Shown here: piece after piece, positions 26,039 to 39,053 of the stretch | How the letters are laid out: every line of letters begins with the position of its first letter | Numbering within the stretch: position 1 is the first letter of the stretch | Assembly (NCBI RefSeq): GCF_000143415.4 | Contig: NW_003314288.1 | Coordinates: 534,939-598,938, forward strand | Source of the DNA: Selaginella moellendorffii | Lineage: Eukaryota > Plantae > Lycopodiophyta | DNA: 64,000 bases | Direction: 5' to 3' | The notes under the pieces: model-generated | What the model was told of the DNA's origin: nothing | What the model saw: only the letters and a program-made list of their open reading frames with translations | Databases searched by the model: none | Translations under genes and position numbers: made by a program

Positions 26039-29000
26039 TGTCGCGAATGTGACTTCGGGTATCGAAAGATACTTGTCGACCAGTCCTTACGGACACTCTT
26101 TCCTTACTGCCATGACGGCAGGAGGTCGGTACTGCTGGTTCCCATCATTGGCCCCTCTTGTCCAAGTGTTAGTAAACTGGGCTTAGCATCTGTACTTAGC
26201 CAGATGGACATAAGGTAGGAACTCTTATGTGTTTTTAGTTGAGCATTCTCGGCCTGGCTTTTAGTTCTCTTTTGCTCTGTCTTGCACTGGCTTGGCAAGA
26301 ACCCTCGCGTATTGAGACTAGTCCCTTAATATCGCTGGATGATAGCTTACCGTGTTTGCCAAACACCCTCGCTATCACACCCTTTGTATTAGTCTCATTT
26401 CAGTCCCAAATGCTATTTATGGAAAGTGTCTAGATTCGCTCATTTGGCATATCTACGGAATGTTGAGGTCGGCCTGAACACAATGGTGTTCGTCCTGTGT
26501 CCAAATTCGCAATCTAAGGCCATTCCATATTTAGTAAGTTTTGAGCTTGTCCCAGAGACTAACTCCTGGTACTAAGGGTGGCTTGGGGTGAAAGCCCAAA
26601 GCATGTGTCCCTCAAGGGGGGGGGGGCTGTGGGGGGTTCCAAATGTATAGTAGGGATAGTGGTTGGAATGCATGTCCGACCACCTGAGACATTAGTTTGG
26701 CTCCCGCTGGGCTGTGTCGCTCCTTGTTCTGCGTCCGGCTTGGGTCTAAGCCCAAGCTCCACGCTGCTCTAGTCGGTGGAGTACCCTCCTCCTCGTGTTA
26801 GGCCACCGGTATGCCAAAATTGTGCCAGACTCCGTCTGACACCATTTTGTGTGCAGGTGCTGGATACAGGGAGCTGGTGCTCATGGGATTGTACTGGACC
26901 CTCGTTTCGTAGCGCAACGGGCTTGGAGTTCGGCTCCAAATTCAGGTGCGCTACATTTGGTATCAGAGAACTTGTCTCAGCGATTCCTATCCAACTTTTG
27001 TCGGATTTTCTGACTCAAGTTGCATACGCAGAGACTTTTCTAGTAGATCCGAAGCGACCTGTGTAGGATTTGTTGGATAGCACCATTCGGTAAGAACGTT
27101 ATATGCATGTTCAGTTACTGATGGAGGCATGCATGCAGCTAGCAGAATGGTGAAGAGGAACCATGTTGATGACGCTGAAACCTCTAGACGGGCGAATCGA
27201 GAGGAGGAAACTCCGGCTAGAGATGCTTCGGAAGGGGCTGAGGCCGAGTCAGAAGAGGATGAGCCAAATGCTGCAGCACTGCAGCGCACGGCTCATGAAG
27301 TCGAGATCGAGAATTTGCGAAAAGAGATTCGCAAATTGAAGAAGGAGAACAAGAAGATGAAGAAAGGAGCTGAGGCACCTAAACCAGCCAAGCCTAAGCA
27401 ACTGGACTCCTCCTCTAGTTCTGAGGACGATGAAGTTCTGCAGCCGCCCCCGGTTGCACGAGTTTCAAAGTTCAAGCCTCCAAAGCCACCCAACTTCAGA
27501 GGCATGCAGGACTATCAAGTTTTGGAAGACTGGGTCTACGATATGGAAAACTATTTCATAGCAGCAGACGTAGATGATCGTACGAAAGTTGCGTGCGCGC
27601 AATCCTTTCTCACCGATCATGCCAAAACTTGGTGGTGCCAGGTGTGTGCTGAAAAAGGGCAGACTAGAAGTTGGACCAAGATGCGGTCTCGTATCCGTAA
27701 GGAATACTTGCCGGATGATCTTGGTCTGAGACTTCGCGCAGAGCTGCGGCGGTTAAAGCAGCGAGGGGACCTTATGCATTACATTAATGCGTTTGCTCAG
27801 AAGCGCATTATGATTGCAAATATGAGTGACGAAGATGCTCGGAGTTATTTCTTGGAGGGTTTAAGTTCACTTTCTCGTAATGAGATCTTGAAGTTTAAGC
27901 CGAAGACATACCTGGAGTGTAAGGAGGCAGCGCAGCAAGTTGCCTTTAGTCACTCGCTCATGGAACAATATCAGCAACCTTATGCTGGTAACTCGGATAA
28001 GAATAGGAATTCTGGGAATAAGCAAGGTGATCGGAAACAAAAGGTGGAAAGTAGGTACCGCCCTGGGGGCTCACAAGCTACGGTGAATAAAGGTGGTGGT
28101 GGTTGGAGACCACCAACAGCTTCTTCTGGTCCTAGGCCCTCTGTTCCTCCTCCTGGTGGGTACAAGCAGCAGCAACCTGCAAAACCTGCTCCTAGCGGAA
28201 CGGGTAGTGTGGGTCATTGCTTCCATTGTGGAGAGTCGGGACATAGGTCCTCGGAATGTCCCAACAAGCATAAGACAAGGTCTTGGGTTAATGTCATGAG
28301 GGAAGACGGTGGTGGTGAAGCTGAAGGGGTTGACGAGTTGGTCAATGCAGACTATGAGGAAGAAGAGGTGAGTAACTTTCGTTGCTTTCCTCAAGCTTTT
28401 CTTGCAGTCAATGCAAACACTGATCCGTTGATGTATCTGGTAGGCTTTGTCCGTGGACACCGAATCCGAGTGATGATTGACACGGGAGCTACGCACAGTG
28501 TGATATCCGAAGACTTAGTTAAGTTGTTAGGATTGAATGCTGAGCAAATGTCGCCTATGCACTTCCGGTTTCCGGAAGGTGGGCAAGTAGCCAGAAAGTT
28601 TGTGAGTGATGTTCCAATAAAGATATCCAAGTGGAAAGAAAGAGTGGACTTGGTAGTGTTGAAGATACCAGATTTTCAAATGGTGTTTGGTATGGATTTC
28701 TTCAACAAGTATATCAAAGGGATTTATGGTGCTGGACAAAGTCGTATCACGTTGAAGTCAGAAGGACGTCCTGATGTATCCTTTCAGTTGCAAAAGCGTT
28801 CCTCAAAGGATTGGGATGCAAAGTTCCTGACTGTGAGGGCCGCTCAAAAAGCAGCTAAAAGGGGATGTCAAACCTTTTGGGTTCAAGTGATGGAAGCTGA
28901 GAGTGTGGGTGACTCGGTTCGAATCGGTGACGGGGTTGATCTTGTACCACAGAAGATATTGGAGTTGTTGGCATGGAATCAGGATATCTTTCCAAAGGAT

Positions 29001-29520
29001 TTGCCGCCAGGGCTACCCCCTAGCCGTGAGGTTGATCATCGGATTGAGGTTATTCCGGGTTCTAAACCACCTACAAAGGCTCCGTATCGTCTGAACATCA
29101 AGGAGATGGCTGAACTCAAGAAGCAACTCACAGAGCTTCTTGACAAAGGTCATATCCGACCAAGTAAATCCCCTTATGGAGCGCCGGTCCTTTTTGTTAT
29201 GAAAAAGGATGGAACCATGAGGATGTGTATTGACTATCGGGCACTTAACAAGATCACGGTTAAAAACAGTTATCCTTTGCCTCGCATTGATGACTTGTTT
29301 GACCAACTCTTAAAGGCTAAGTATTTTACGCAACTTGATTTGCGGTCCGGGTATCATCAGATATGGGTGGTAGATCAGGATGTGGAGAACACAGCCTTTA
29401 AGACTCGGTACGGATCTTATGAGTTCCTTGTCATGCCGTTCGGGTTATGCAATGCTCCGGCAACGTTCAGCACTATGATGAATAGAATATTTGGAGATTA
29501 TTTGGACGCATTTGTTGTCC
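26039..29520 (+). mobile_element. Family B chromovirus copy B1, truncated within RT
   Basis: 5' LTR 26039-26955 (TG..CA), PBS TGGTATCAGAG, gag-PR-RT; near-identical to B2; stops just before the YIDD motif. Confidence 0.92.
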
Positions 29521-29768
29521 AGCCAAGGGGAACCAGCACCTCCATTTCCGCACTGAATCTACCAATCCTACCAATCCTTCCATTGTGTAGACTAGCTATT
29601 CCATGTGAGGCAACTAGTCATCCACCCGTACCGCAGTCCCACGGTGGATACATTCGTCCGTGGATACTCCACACAAGAGGAAGGACGTACGCATGGATGC
29701 CCAATACGTATGATTTCAATTTTAGGGGTAGGAATATACCTTGCTCAAGGGTATATTATACTTTTTAA
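27129..29768 (+). CDS. Ty3 Gag-PR-partial RT of B1; the C-terminal ~80 aa are read-through into the TRIM fragment
   Basis: [14 protein letters not shown] knuckle, VMIDTGAT protease, [15 protein letters not shown] and [10 protein letters not shown]; diverges from B2 after DAFVV at 29520. Confidence 0.85.
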   Translation: MHAASRMVKRNHVDDAETSRRANREEETPARDASEGAEAESEEDEPNAAALQRTAHEVEIENLRKEIRKLKKENKKMKKGAEAPKPAKPKQLDSSSSSEDDEVLQPPPVARVSKFKPPKPPNFRGMQDYQVLEDWVYDMENYFIAADVDDRTKVACAQSFLTDHAKTWWCQVCAEKGQTRSWTKMRSRIRKEYLPDDLGLRLRAELRRLKQRGDLMHYINAFAQKRIMIANMSDEDARSYFLEGLSSLSRNEILKFKPKTYLECKEAAQQVAFSHSLMEQYQQPYAGNSDKNRNSGNKQGDRKQKVESRYRPGGSQATVNKGGGGWRPPTASSGPRPSVPPPGGYKQQQPAKPAPSGTGSVGHCFHCGESGHRSSECPNKHKTRSWVNVMREDGGGEAEGVDELVNADYEEEEVSNFRCFPQAFLAVNANTDPLMYLVGFVRGHRIRVMIDTGATHSVISEDLVKLLGLNAEQMSPMHFRFPEGGQVARKFVSDVPIKISKWKERVDLVVLKIPDFQMVFGMDFFNKYIKGIYGAGQSRITLKSEGRPDVSFQLQKRSSKDWDAKFLTVRAAQKAAKRGCQTFWVQVMEAESVGDSVRIGDGVDLVPQKILELLAWNQDIFPKDLPPGLPPSREVDHRIEVIPGSKPPTKAPYRLNIKEMAELKKQLTELLDKGHIRPSKSPYGAPVLFVMKKDGTMRMCIDYRALNKITVKNSYPLPRIDDLFDQLLKAKYFTQLDLRSGYHQIWVVDQDVENTAFKTRYGSYEFLVMPFGLCNAPATFSTMMNRIFGDYLDAFVVQPRGTSTSISALNLPILPILPLCRLAIPCEATSHPPVPQSHGGYIRPWILHTRGRTYAWMPNTYDFNFRGRNIPCSRVYYTF

Positions 29769-29981
29769 GTAGCCATTAATCAATAGGAATCAAACCCGTG
29801 CCATTTGCTCCGATACCAACTGTAGCGCACCTTATCTCTCTCCCCTTAAGCCAACTAGAAAAGGGGCAATTGCTTGATGAGAGAGCCCTTAGTGGCTATT
29901 TTATCCCCATTTATCCCCCAAGGTTCCAAGGATTCACGGTGACAGTATATCCAAATCTCATCCCATGATCACATGCGCACA
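29521..29981 (-). mobile_element. Partial TRIM (5' LTR 29821-29981, PBS, part of the internal region) joining B1 and B2
   Basis: Reverse complement of about 32480-32922 with small indels. Confidence 0.9.
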
Positions 29982-31410
29982 GAATGATCACACAAAATGG
30001 TGTCAGACGGAGTCTGGCACAATTTTGGCATACCGGTGGCCTAACACAAGGAGGAGGGTACTCCATCGACTAAAGCAACGTGGAGCTTGGGCTTAGACCC
30101 AAGCCGGACGCAGAACAAGGAGCGACACAGCCCAGCGGGAGCCAAACTAATGTCTCAGGTGGTCGGACATGCATTCCAACCACTATCCCTACTATACATT
30201 TGGAACCCCCCACAGCCCCCCCCTTGAGGGACACACGCTTTGGGCTTTCACCCCAAGCCACCCTTAGTACCAGGAGTTAGTCTCTGGGACAAGCTCGAAA
30301 CTTACTAAATATGGAATGGCCTTAGATTGCGAATTTGGACACGGGACGAACACCATTGTGTTCAGGCCGACCTCAACATTCCGTAGATATGCCAAATGAG
30401 CGAATCTAGACACTTTCCATAAATAGCATTTGGGACCGAAATGAGACTAATACAAAGGGTGTGATAGCGAGGGTGTTTGGCAGACACGGTAAGCTATCAT
30501 CCAGCGATATTGAGGGACTAGTCTCAATACGCGAGGGTTCTTACCAAGCCAGTGCAAGACAGAGCCAAAGAAAACTAAAAGCTAGGCCGAGAATGCTCAG
30601 CTAAAAACACATAGGAGTTCCTACCTTATGTCCATCTGGCTAAGTACAGATGCTAAGCCCAGTTTACTAACACTTGGACAAGAGGGGCCAATGATGGGAA
30701 CCAGCAGTACCGACCTCCTGCCGTCATGGCAGTAAGGAAAGAGTGTCCGTAAGGACTGGTCGACAAGTATCTTTCGATACCCGAAGTCACATTTGCGACA
30801 CTCTCCCCCCCTTGGGGAAGATCGACATCCTCGTCGATGCATACCCGAGTCTAGCAAACCGTCAAGGAAACAACTCCGAAAGTTAACGGAAAGCACACTA
30901 TGTGGGAAACACACCGACTTAAATGAGTTATGGAACGACCTCTCCTCTACGTCCAAAGACGTTAAAACTCAGACACCCTCCAGCCGTCGCTGACAAGGAA
31001 ATGACCAACAGAGTTAACCACCCTTGCTGCTCCGAGTACCACCCAGCTTACAAAGGAATGATACATCCCTGCCCGCAGGGATATAGGGAGAAGGCCAGAG
31101 ACCCAACTGCCCCTGAGCAAGAAATCAACCCCGTCGGGAAGATTTAGACAACTATTATAAACTTGCAGATTAAGTTGTTTACACGACCACGCCCCATTTC
31201 GAAAATGAGTCATCGAGAGAGAGGCGGGGACTTGTGATCAGTCTATAATAGTTATCCCCATGGTTATGGATTGGACACATGCACCGAAGTGCCGAAGTTA
31301 GCCTGCCAAAACTGACCCAAGTACTAACGAACGAGAGAAATGACACTTTGATTTATAGAAATATATTACTTTATTGATTTGCAAGATTTATTACAAGATT
31401 TTTATAAAAG

Positions 31411-32479
31411 CTAGTCTTTATTACTATTCTCATACTCCGTGACAAGCTCACGAGCATGGGTAAGATTACAAAGAGGCTCCCAAGTTGATTCACAAGTAGG
31501 GTAACCTTTCCATTTAACTAGATACTCCCGACATTTGGCATGTTTAAGCCAGCGTGAATCCAAAATAGCTTCAGCCTCATACTCAGGTTCACCGTCAATG
31601 ATCGTAGGTGGAGGACGATCCTCAGCAGCATGATATGGTGCCAGTAAACTGACATGAAACACATCATGTACATGAGAGAATTCATCTGGAAGATCCAACT
31701 TATAGGATACATCACCAACTCGTCTCAACACCCTATAGGGTCCAACATATCTCGGCAATAATTTCCGAGATAAACATCCCTTAATGTTCAAGTTCCGGGA
31801 AGATAGCCACACTTGATCTCCCACTTGATAGGATACATCCCGACGATGCTGATCCTTATCATGTCGATACCTATCCTGAGCTTTGCCCATCGCCTCAGTA
31901 GCTCTAGACCAACCTTGGCGTAGCTGCTCCGCATAAGTCTCAACAGCCGGGACCAACATTTCGGACATAGGTTTCGGTACAACAATCTGTTGAGGAACCC
32001 CACGAGCATTCCCTTGCAATATCTCCCATGGAGAACAGCCTATAGCGCTATGAAATGTGTTGTTATAACAGATTTCTGCTGTGTCTAAATGCTCAACCCA
32101 GTCGCGTTGGTCCGCCGCGACATAGTACCGCAGATAATCCTCAATTTGAGCATTCACGTGTTCGGTCTGCCCATCAGTCTGAGGATGATAAGCCGTACTA
32201 AACTTCAATTTGGTACCGAACAACTGGAATAGGGTCCCCCAAAACTTCCCCGTAAACCTCGAATCTCTATCTGAGATCATTTCTTCAGGAAGACCACGAA
32301 CTCGCACTACTTCATGGAAAAAGAGCTTTGCTGCTTGTTTCGCATTTACTGTTCCCACAGTTGGAATGAAGTGTGCAATCTTTGACAACCAATCCACAAC
32401 CACCATCAAAGTATCATAACCCTTAGACTTCGGCAAGCAAGTGACGAAATCAAGTGTCACACTTTGAAATGGCCATGCC
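31411..32479 (-). CDS. B2 integrase core, GPY/F motif and chromodomain (split from the upstream polyprotein by an insertion)
   Basis: TLDFV, ISDRDSRFTG, STAYHPQTDGQTE, PRYVGPY, YEAEAILD..EYLVKWKGYP..ESTWEP. Confidence 0.92.
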
Positions 32480-33144
32480 TGTAGCGCATGTGATCATGGG
32501 ATGAGATTTGGATATACTGTCACCGTGGATCCTTGGAACCTTGGGAGATAAATGGGGATAAAATAGCCACTAAGGGCTCTCTCATCAAGCAATTGCCCCT
32601 TTTCCAGTTGGCTTAAGGGGAGAGAGATAAGGTGTGTTACAGTTGGTATCGGAGCAAATGGCACGGGTTCGATTCCCATTGATTAGTGGCTACTTAAAAG
32701 TATAATATACCCTTGAGCAAGGTATATTCCTACCCCTAAATTTGAAATCGTACGTATTGGGCATCCATGCATACGTCCTTCCTTTTGTGTGGAGTATCCA
32801 CGGACGAAGGTATCCACCGTGGGACTGCGATACGGGTGGATGACTAGTTGCCTCACATGGAATAGCTGGTCTACACAATGGAAGGATTGGTAGATTGAGT
32901 GCGGAAATGGTTCCCCTTGGCTCAGTAGGGGTTGTTAGTCAATAGTCAATGAGGACATTGACATCTCTGAAGGGGGGGTGAGTGTAGCGCATGTGATCAT
33001 GGGATGAGATTTGGATATACTGTCACCGTGGATCCTTGGAACCTTGGGAGATAAATGGGGATAAAATAGCCACTAAGGGCTCTCTCATCAAGCAATTGCC
33101 CCTTTTCCAGTTGGCTTAAGGGGAGAGAGATAAGGTGCGTTACA
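32480..33144 (+). mobile_element. Complete 665-bp TRIM
   Basis: 162-bp LTRs 32480-32641 and 32983-33144; GT spacer then PBS TGGTATCGGAGC; PPT GAAGGGGGGGTGAG; no coding capacity. Confidence 0.93.
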
Positions 33145-33148
33145 GTAA

Positions 33149-34294
33149 TGTAGCGCACGTGGTTTTGACCCTTTATCCTATGGTGATTTACCATAGGATA
33201 ACACCACAAAGCGAAACCTAAACCCTCTTTGTGCCACGTGACAGATGCCATGTGTCACATGCCACGTGTCCATGCCACGTGTCCATAGGAACCCAAGGTT
33301 CAGGGCCTTGGGCCACTGAACAAACGAACGGTGCCAAACTCCCAAGCATGGAGCCAAGGAGTGATGGAACCAAACCACGGAGCAACTCCCGAGCATACAG
33401 CCCAAGGAGCGAAGGGACAGGGGCCCGGAGCGACTTGGAACAATCCTGAAGCAACCAGCATCCCAATGCCAGGACTAGCACGCAAAACGGAGCCAAACGG
33501 AGTTTGGCGCTATTTCGGCATACCGGTGGCCTAACGTGAGGATATGGGTACTCCACCAGCTAGCATGGAATGGAACTTGGGCTTAGACCCAAGCCGGACG
33601 CAGAACAAGGACAGGCACGCAAGCGGGAGCTAGACTATGCCTCAGGTTGGTCGGCCATGCCCGACCTACCCACTATCCCTACTATACATTTGGAACCCCC
33701 CATAGCCCCCCCCCCCTTGAGGAACACACGCTTTGGGCTTTCACCCCAAGCTTCCCTTAGTATCAGGAGTTAGTCTCTGGGACAAGCTCGAAACTTACTA
33801 AATATGGAATGTCCCTAGATTGTGAATTTGGACACGGGACGAACACCATTGTGTTCAGGCCGATCTCTACATTCCGTAGATATGCCAAATGAGCAAATCT
33901 AGACACTTTCCATAAATAGTATTTGGGACAAATTGAGACTAACATAGAGGGCATGATAGCGAGGGTGTTTGGCAGACACGGTAAGCTATCATGTAGCGAT
34001 ATTGAGGGACCAATCTCAATACGCGAGGGTTCTTGTCAAGCTAGTGCAAGACAGAGCAAAAGAGAACTAACAAGCCGGGCCGAGTATGCTCAGCTAAATA
34101 GACACTTAGGAATTCCTTCCTTATGCTCATCCGGCCAAGTACAGATGCAAAGTCCAGTTTACTAACACTTGAACAAGAGGGGCTAATAAAGGGTCCAGCA
34201 ATACCTACCTTCTGCCATCGTGGCAGTAAGGTAAGAGTGTCCGTAAGGACTGGCCGACAGGTAACTTTCGATACCTGAAGTCACATTCGCGACA
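33149..34294 (-). mobile_element. Family A solo LTR, joined tail-to-tail to the TRIM
   Basis: Reverse complement of 14393-15539; shares the outer TSD ATGCC with the TRIM. Confidence 0.92.
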
Positions 34295-34328
34295 ATGCCG
34301 GTGCTGGAATGCACTGCAACTTTCCAGC

Positions 34329-37300
34329 CTACTTCTCAGTTCTAAGCTTACATTGCTGGCATATAGGGCAGGAACGGACATAATCCGCTACATCACCTTC
34401 CATACCAGACCAGAAAAATCCCTTTTTCAATGAAGCCAGAGTCTTTCGCTGTCCACCATGTCCCGCTGCTAGAACATCATGATGTTCCCGCAGAAATAAC
34501 TGCTGAAGATCCTTAGAGGGAAGATACAATCTTTCTTGCTTATAGAATATAAGCCCATCCCGAACTGAGAAGTGAAACTTCGCATTAGTGCGACTAGCAA
34601 CTTTTGCTGCTTTGCTACCAAGGCTCTGCTTCAAAAACCCCGCACGGCATAAGATTGCCTTCGCCAATGGATCACTTCCATACGAAGCCCGAACATCCTT
34701 CAACCAGTCCGAACTGATTGCCGATAATGCCCGGAACTGAGCTTGATGACTCAACGCGTCCGGAACAATATTGTCCTTACCAGGTTTATATATGATTTCA
34801 ATATCATATCTAGCAAGCTTCTCTTGCCAACGAGCCTGCTTTGGCGTAAGCTTAGGCTGCGTAGCAAAGTAGCTCAGTGTGTTACTATCTGTATAAACCT
34901 TGGTATGTCCACCCAAGTAGTGTCTCCAGTGTTCCAGGGCCGACACTATAGCAAACATCTCTTTCTCATGCGTTGGCCATCTTTGTTGGGTCTCATCCAA
35001 TTTCTTGGAATAGAACGCAACGGGACAACCATGTCGCCTTAGCATAACACCAACTGCTTTGTCACAATCTTGCTGCAACACGGCACCGATAGCATAACCA
35101 GATGCATCACAATGCACTTCGAAAGGTTTATCAAGATCTGGGATCCTGAGAACAGGAACCGTAGTCAAGATCTCCTTCAACCGTGCAAAAGCACGCTGGC
35201 AAGCTGGTGTCCAATGAAACGGAATACTACTCTTTGTCAACTCAGTCAACGGAAGAGCAATCCTTGCAAAATTGCAGACAAACTTGCGATAGTATCCCGC
35301 CAAACCGAGAAAGGATCGAACATCTGTTACAGTGGTTGGAACTTCCCAGGACTTCACTGCTTCCACCTTCTTTGGATCGACCTCAATCACACCACCACCA
35401 ACTATATGTCCGAGAAAGTTTACGCGCAATTGTCCAAAAGCGCATTTACTTTCCTTAGCATACAGTTTGTGTTCACGCAACTTCTGAAACACCAGCTCCA
35501 AGTGTTTCAAATGATCCTCCAACGTCTCACTAAAGACAAGAACATCGTCGATGTATAGGACAACAAATGCGTCCAAATAATCTCCAAATATTCTATTCAT
35601 CATAGTGCTGAACGTTGCCGGAGCATTGCATAACCCGAACGGCATGACAAGGAACTCATAAGATCCGTACCGAGTCTTAAAGGCTGTCTTCTCCACATCC
35701 TGATCTGCCACTCGTATCTGATGATACCCGGACCGCAAATCAAGTCGCGTAAAATACTTAGCCTTTAAGAGTTGGTCAAACAAGTCATCAATGCGAGGCA
35801 AAGGATAACTGTTTTTAACCGTGATCTTGTTAAGTGCCCGATAGTCAATACACATCCTCATGGTTCCATCCTTTTTCATAACAAAAAGGACCAGCGCTCC
35901 ATAAGGGGATTTACTTGGTTGGATATGACCTTTGTCAAGAAGCTCTGTGAGTTGCTTCTTGAGTTCAGCCATCTCCTTGATGTTCAGACGATACGGAGCC
36001 TTTGTAGGTGGTTTAGAACCCGGAATAACCTCAATCCGATGATCAACCTCACGGCTAGGGGGTAGCCCTGGCGGCAAATCCTTTGGAAAGATATCCTGAT
36101 TCCATGCCAACAACTCCAATATCTTCTGTGGTACAGGATCAACCCCGTCACCGATTCGAACCGAGTCACCCACACTCTCAGCTTCCATCACTTGAACCCA
36201 AAAGGTTTGACATCCCCTTTTAGCTGCTTTTTGAGCGGCCCTCACAGTCAGGAACTTTGCATCCCAATCCTTTGAGGAACGCTTTTGCAACTGAAAGGAT
36301 ACATTAGGACGTCCTTCTGACTTCAACGTGATACGACTTTGTCCAGCACCATAAATCCCTTTGATATACTTGTTGAAGAAATCCATACCAAACACCATCT
36401 GAAAATCTGGTATCTTCAACACTACCAAGTCCACTCTTTCTTTCCACTTGGATATCTTTATTGGAACATCACTCACAAACTTTCTGGCTACTTGCCCACC
36501 TTCCGCAAACCGGAAGTGCATAGGCGACATTTGCTCAGCATTCAATCCTAACAACTTAACTAAGTCTTCGGATATCACACTGTGCGTAGCTCCCGTGTCA
36601 ATCATCACTCGGATTCGGTGTCCACGGACAAAGCCTACCAGATACATCAACGGATCAGTGTTTGCATTGACTGCAAGAAAAGCTTGAGGAAAGCAACGAA
36701 AGTTACTCACCTCTTCTTCCTCATAGTCTGCATTGACCAACTCGTCAACCCCTTCAGCTTCACCACCACCGTCTTCCCTCATGACATTAACCCGAGACCT
36801 TGTCTTATGCTTGTTGGGACATTCCGAGGACCTATGTCCCGACTCTCCACAATGGAAGCAATGACCCACACTACCCGTTCCGCTAGGAGCAGGTTTTGCA
36901 GGTTGCTGCTGCTTGTACCCACCAGGAGGAGGAACAGAGGGCCTAGGACCAGAAGAAGCTGTTGGTGGTCTCCAACCACCACCACCTTTATTCACCGTAG
37001 CTTGTGAGCCCCTAGGGCGGTACCTACTTTCTACCCTTTGTTTCCGATCACCTTGCTTATTCCCAGAATTCCTATTCTTATCCGAGTTACCAGCATAAGG
37101 TTGCTGATATTGTTCCATGAGCGAGTGACTAAAGGCAACTTGCTGCGCTGCCTCCTTACACTCCAGGTATGTCTTCGGCTTAAACTTCAAGATCTCATTA
37201 CGAGAAAGTGAACTTAAACCCTCCAAGAAATAACTCCGAGCATCTTCGTCACTCATATTTGCAATCATAATGCGCTTCTGAGCAAACGCATTAACGTAAT

Positions 37301-37949
37301 GCATAAGGTCCCCTCGCTGCTTTAACCGCCGCAGCTCTGCGCGAAGTCTCAGACCAAGATCATCCGGCAAGTATTCCTTACGGATATGAGACCGCATCTT
37401 GGTCCAACTTCTAGTCTGCCCTTTTTCAGCACACACCTGGCGCCACCAAGTTTTGGCATGATCGGTGAGAAAGGATTGCGCGCACGCAACTTTCGTACGA
37501 TCATCTACGTCTGCTGCTATGAAATAGTTTTCCATATCGTAGACCCAGTCTTCCAAAACTTGATAGTCCCGCATGCCTCTGAAGTTGGGTGGCTTTGGAG
37601 GCTTGAACTTTGAAACTCGTGCAACCGGGGGCGGCTGCAAAACTTCATCATCCTCAGAACTAGAGGAGGAGTTTGGTTGCTTAGGCTTGGCTGGTTTAGC
37701 TGCCTCAGCTTCTTTCTTCCTCTTCTTGTTCTCCTTCTTCAATTTGCGAATCTCTTTTCGCAAATTCTCGATCTCGACTTCATGAGCCGTGCGCTGCAGT
37801 GCTGCAGCATTTGGCTCATCCTCTTCTGACTCGGCCTCAGCCCCTTCCGCAGCATCTCTAGCAGGAGTTTCCTCCTCTCGATTCGCCCGTCTAGAGGTTT
37901 CAGCGTCATCAACACAGTTCCTCTTCACCATCCTGCTAGCTGCATGCAT
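34329..37949 (-). CDS. B2 Gag-PR-RT-RNaseH-integrase N-terminal polyprotein
   Basis: Long open frame with zinc knuckle, [33 protein letters not shown] and HHCC (H..H..CPICQQC); ends at a TAG that is probably a mutated CAG. Confidence 0.95.
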   Translation of the reverse strand: MHAASRMVKRNCVDDAETSRRANREEETPARDAAEGAEAESEEDEPNAAALQRTAHEVEIENLRKEIRKLKKENKKRKKEAEAAKPAKPKQPNSSSSSEDDEVLQPPPVARVSKFKPPKPPNFRGMRDYQVLEDWVYDMENYFIAADVDDRTKVACAQSFLTDHAKTWWRQVCAEKGQTRSWTKMRSHIRKEYLPDDLGLRLRAELRRLKQRGDLMHYVNAFAQKRIMIANMSDEDARSYFLEGLSSLSRNEILKFKPKTYLECKEAAQQVAFSHSLMEQYQQPYAGNSDKNRNSGNKQGDRKQRVESRYRPRGSQATVNKGGGGWRPPTASSGPRPSVPPPGGYKQQQPAKPAPSGTGSVGHCFHCGESGHRSSECPNKHKTRSRVNVMREDGGGEAEGVDELVNADYEEEEVSNFRCFPQAFLAVNANTDPLMYLVGFVRGHRIRVMIDTGATHSVISEDLVKLLGLNAEQMSPMHFRFAEGGQVARKFVSDVPIKISKWKERVDLVVLKIPDFQMVFGMDFFNKYIKGIYGAGQSRITLKSEGRPNVSFQLQKRSSKDWDAKFLTVRAAQKAAKRGCQTFWVQVMEAESVGDSVRIGDGVDPVPQKILELLAWNQDIFPKDLPPGLPPSREVDHRIEVIPGSKPPTKAPYRLNIKEMAELKKQLTELLDKGHIQPSKSPYGALVLFVMKKDGTMRMCIDYRALNKITVKNSYPLPRIDDLFDQLLKAKYFTRLDLRSGYHQIRVADQDVEKTAFKTRYGSYEFLVMPFGLCNAPATFSTMMNRIFGDYLDAFVVLYIDDVLVFSETLEDHLKHLELVFQKLREHKLYAKESKCAFGQLRVNFLGHIVGGGVIEVDPKKVEAVKSWEVPTTVTDVRSFLGLAGYYRKFVCNFARIALPLTELTKSSIPFHWTPACQRAFARLKEILTTVPVLRIPDLDKPFEVHCDASGYAIGAVLQQDCDKAVGVMLRRHGCPVAFYSKKLDETQQRWPTHEKEMFAIVSALEHWRHYLGGHTKVYTDSNTLSYFATQPKLTPKQARWQEKLARYDIEIIYKPGKDNIVPDALSHQAQFRALSAISSDWLKDVRASYGSDPLAKAILCRAGFLKQSLGSKAAKVASRTNAKFHFSVRDGLIFYKQERLYLPSKDLQQLFLREHHDVLAAGHGGQRKTLASLKKGFFWSGMEGDVADYVRSCPICQQCKLRTEK

Positions 37950-39053
37950 GCCTCCATCAGTAACTGAACATGCATACAACATTCTTACCGAATGGTGCTA
38001 TCCAACTAATCCTACACAGGTCGCTTCGGATCTACTAGAAAAGTCTCTACGTATGCAACTTGAGTCAGAAAATCCGACAAAAGTTGGATAGGAATCGCTG
38101 AGACAAGTCCTCTGATACCAAATGTAGCGCACCTGAATTTGGAGCCGAACTCCAAGCCCGTTGCGCTACAAAACGAGGGTCCGGAACAATCCCATGAGCA
38201 CCAGCTCCCCGTATCCAACACCTGCACACAAAATGGTGTCAGACGAAGTCTGGCACAATTTTGGCATACCGGTGGCCTAACACGAGAAGGAGGGTACTCC
38301 ACCGACTAGAGCAGCGTGGAGCTTGGGCTTAGACCCAAGCCGGACGCAGAACAAGGAGCGACACAGCCCAGCGGGAGCCAAACTAATGTCTCAGGTGGTC
38401 GGACATGCATTCCAACCACTATCCCTACTATACATTTGGAACCCCCCACAACCCCCCCCCCCCCCCCCCCCCCCTTGAGGGACACATGCTTTGGGCTTTC
38501 ACCCCAAGCCACCCTTAGTACCAGGAGTTAGTCTCTGGGACAAGCTCGAAACTTACTAAATATGGAATGGCCTTAGATTGCGAATTTGGACACGGGACGA
38601 ACACCATTGTGTTCAGGCCGACCTCAACATTCCGTAGATATGCCAAATGAGCGAATCTAGACACTTTCCATAAATAGCATTTGAGACCGAAATGAGACTA
38701 ATACAAAGGGTGTGATAGCGAGGGTGTTTGGCAGACACGGTAAGCTATCATCCAGCGATATTGAGGGACTAGTCTCAATACGCGAGGGTTCTTGCCAAGC
38801 CAGTGCAAGACAGAGCAAAAGAGAACTAAAAGCCAGGCCGAGAATGCTCAGCTAAAAACACATAGGAGTTCCTACCTTATGTCCATCTGGCTAAGTACAG
38901 ATGCTAAGCCCAGTTTACTAACACTTGGACAAGAGGGGCCAATGATGGGAACCAGCAGTACCGACCTCCTGCCGTCATGGCAGTAAGGAAAGAGTGTCCG
39001 TAAGGACTGGTTGACAAGTATCTTTCGATACCCGAAGTCACATTCGCGACACT

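Larger units (their letters stand above)
29989..39051 (-). mobile_element. Family B chromovirus copy B2, near full length, with a nested insertion at 32480-34294
   Basis: 5' LTR 38123-39051, PBS(Met), gag-pol with chromodomain, PPT about 30801-30813, 3' LTR 29989-30800 lacking about 100 bp of its U5 end. Confidence 0.95.
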
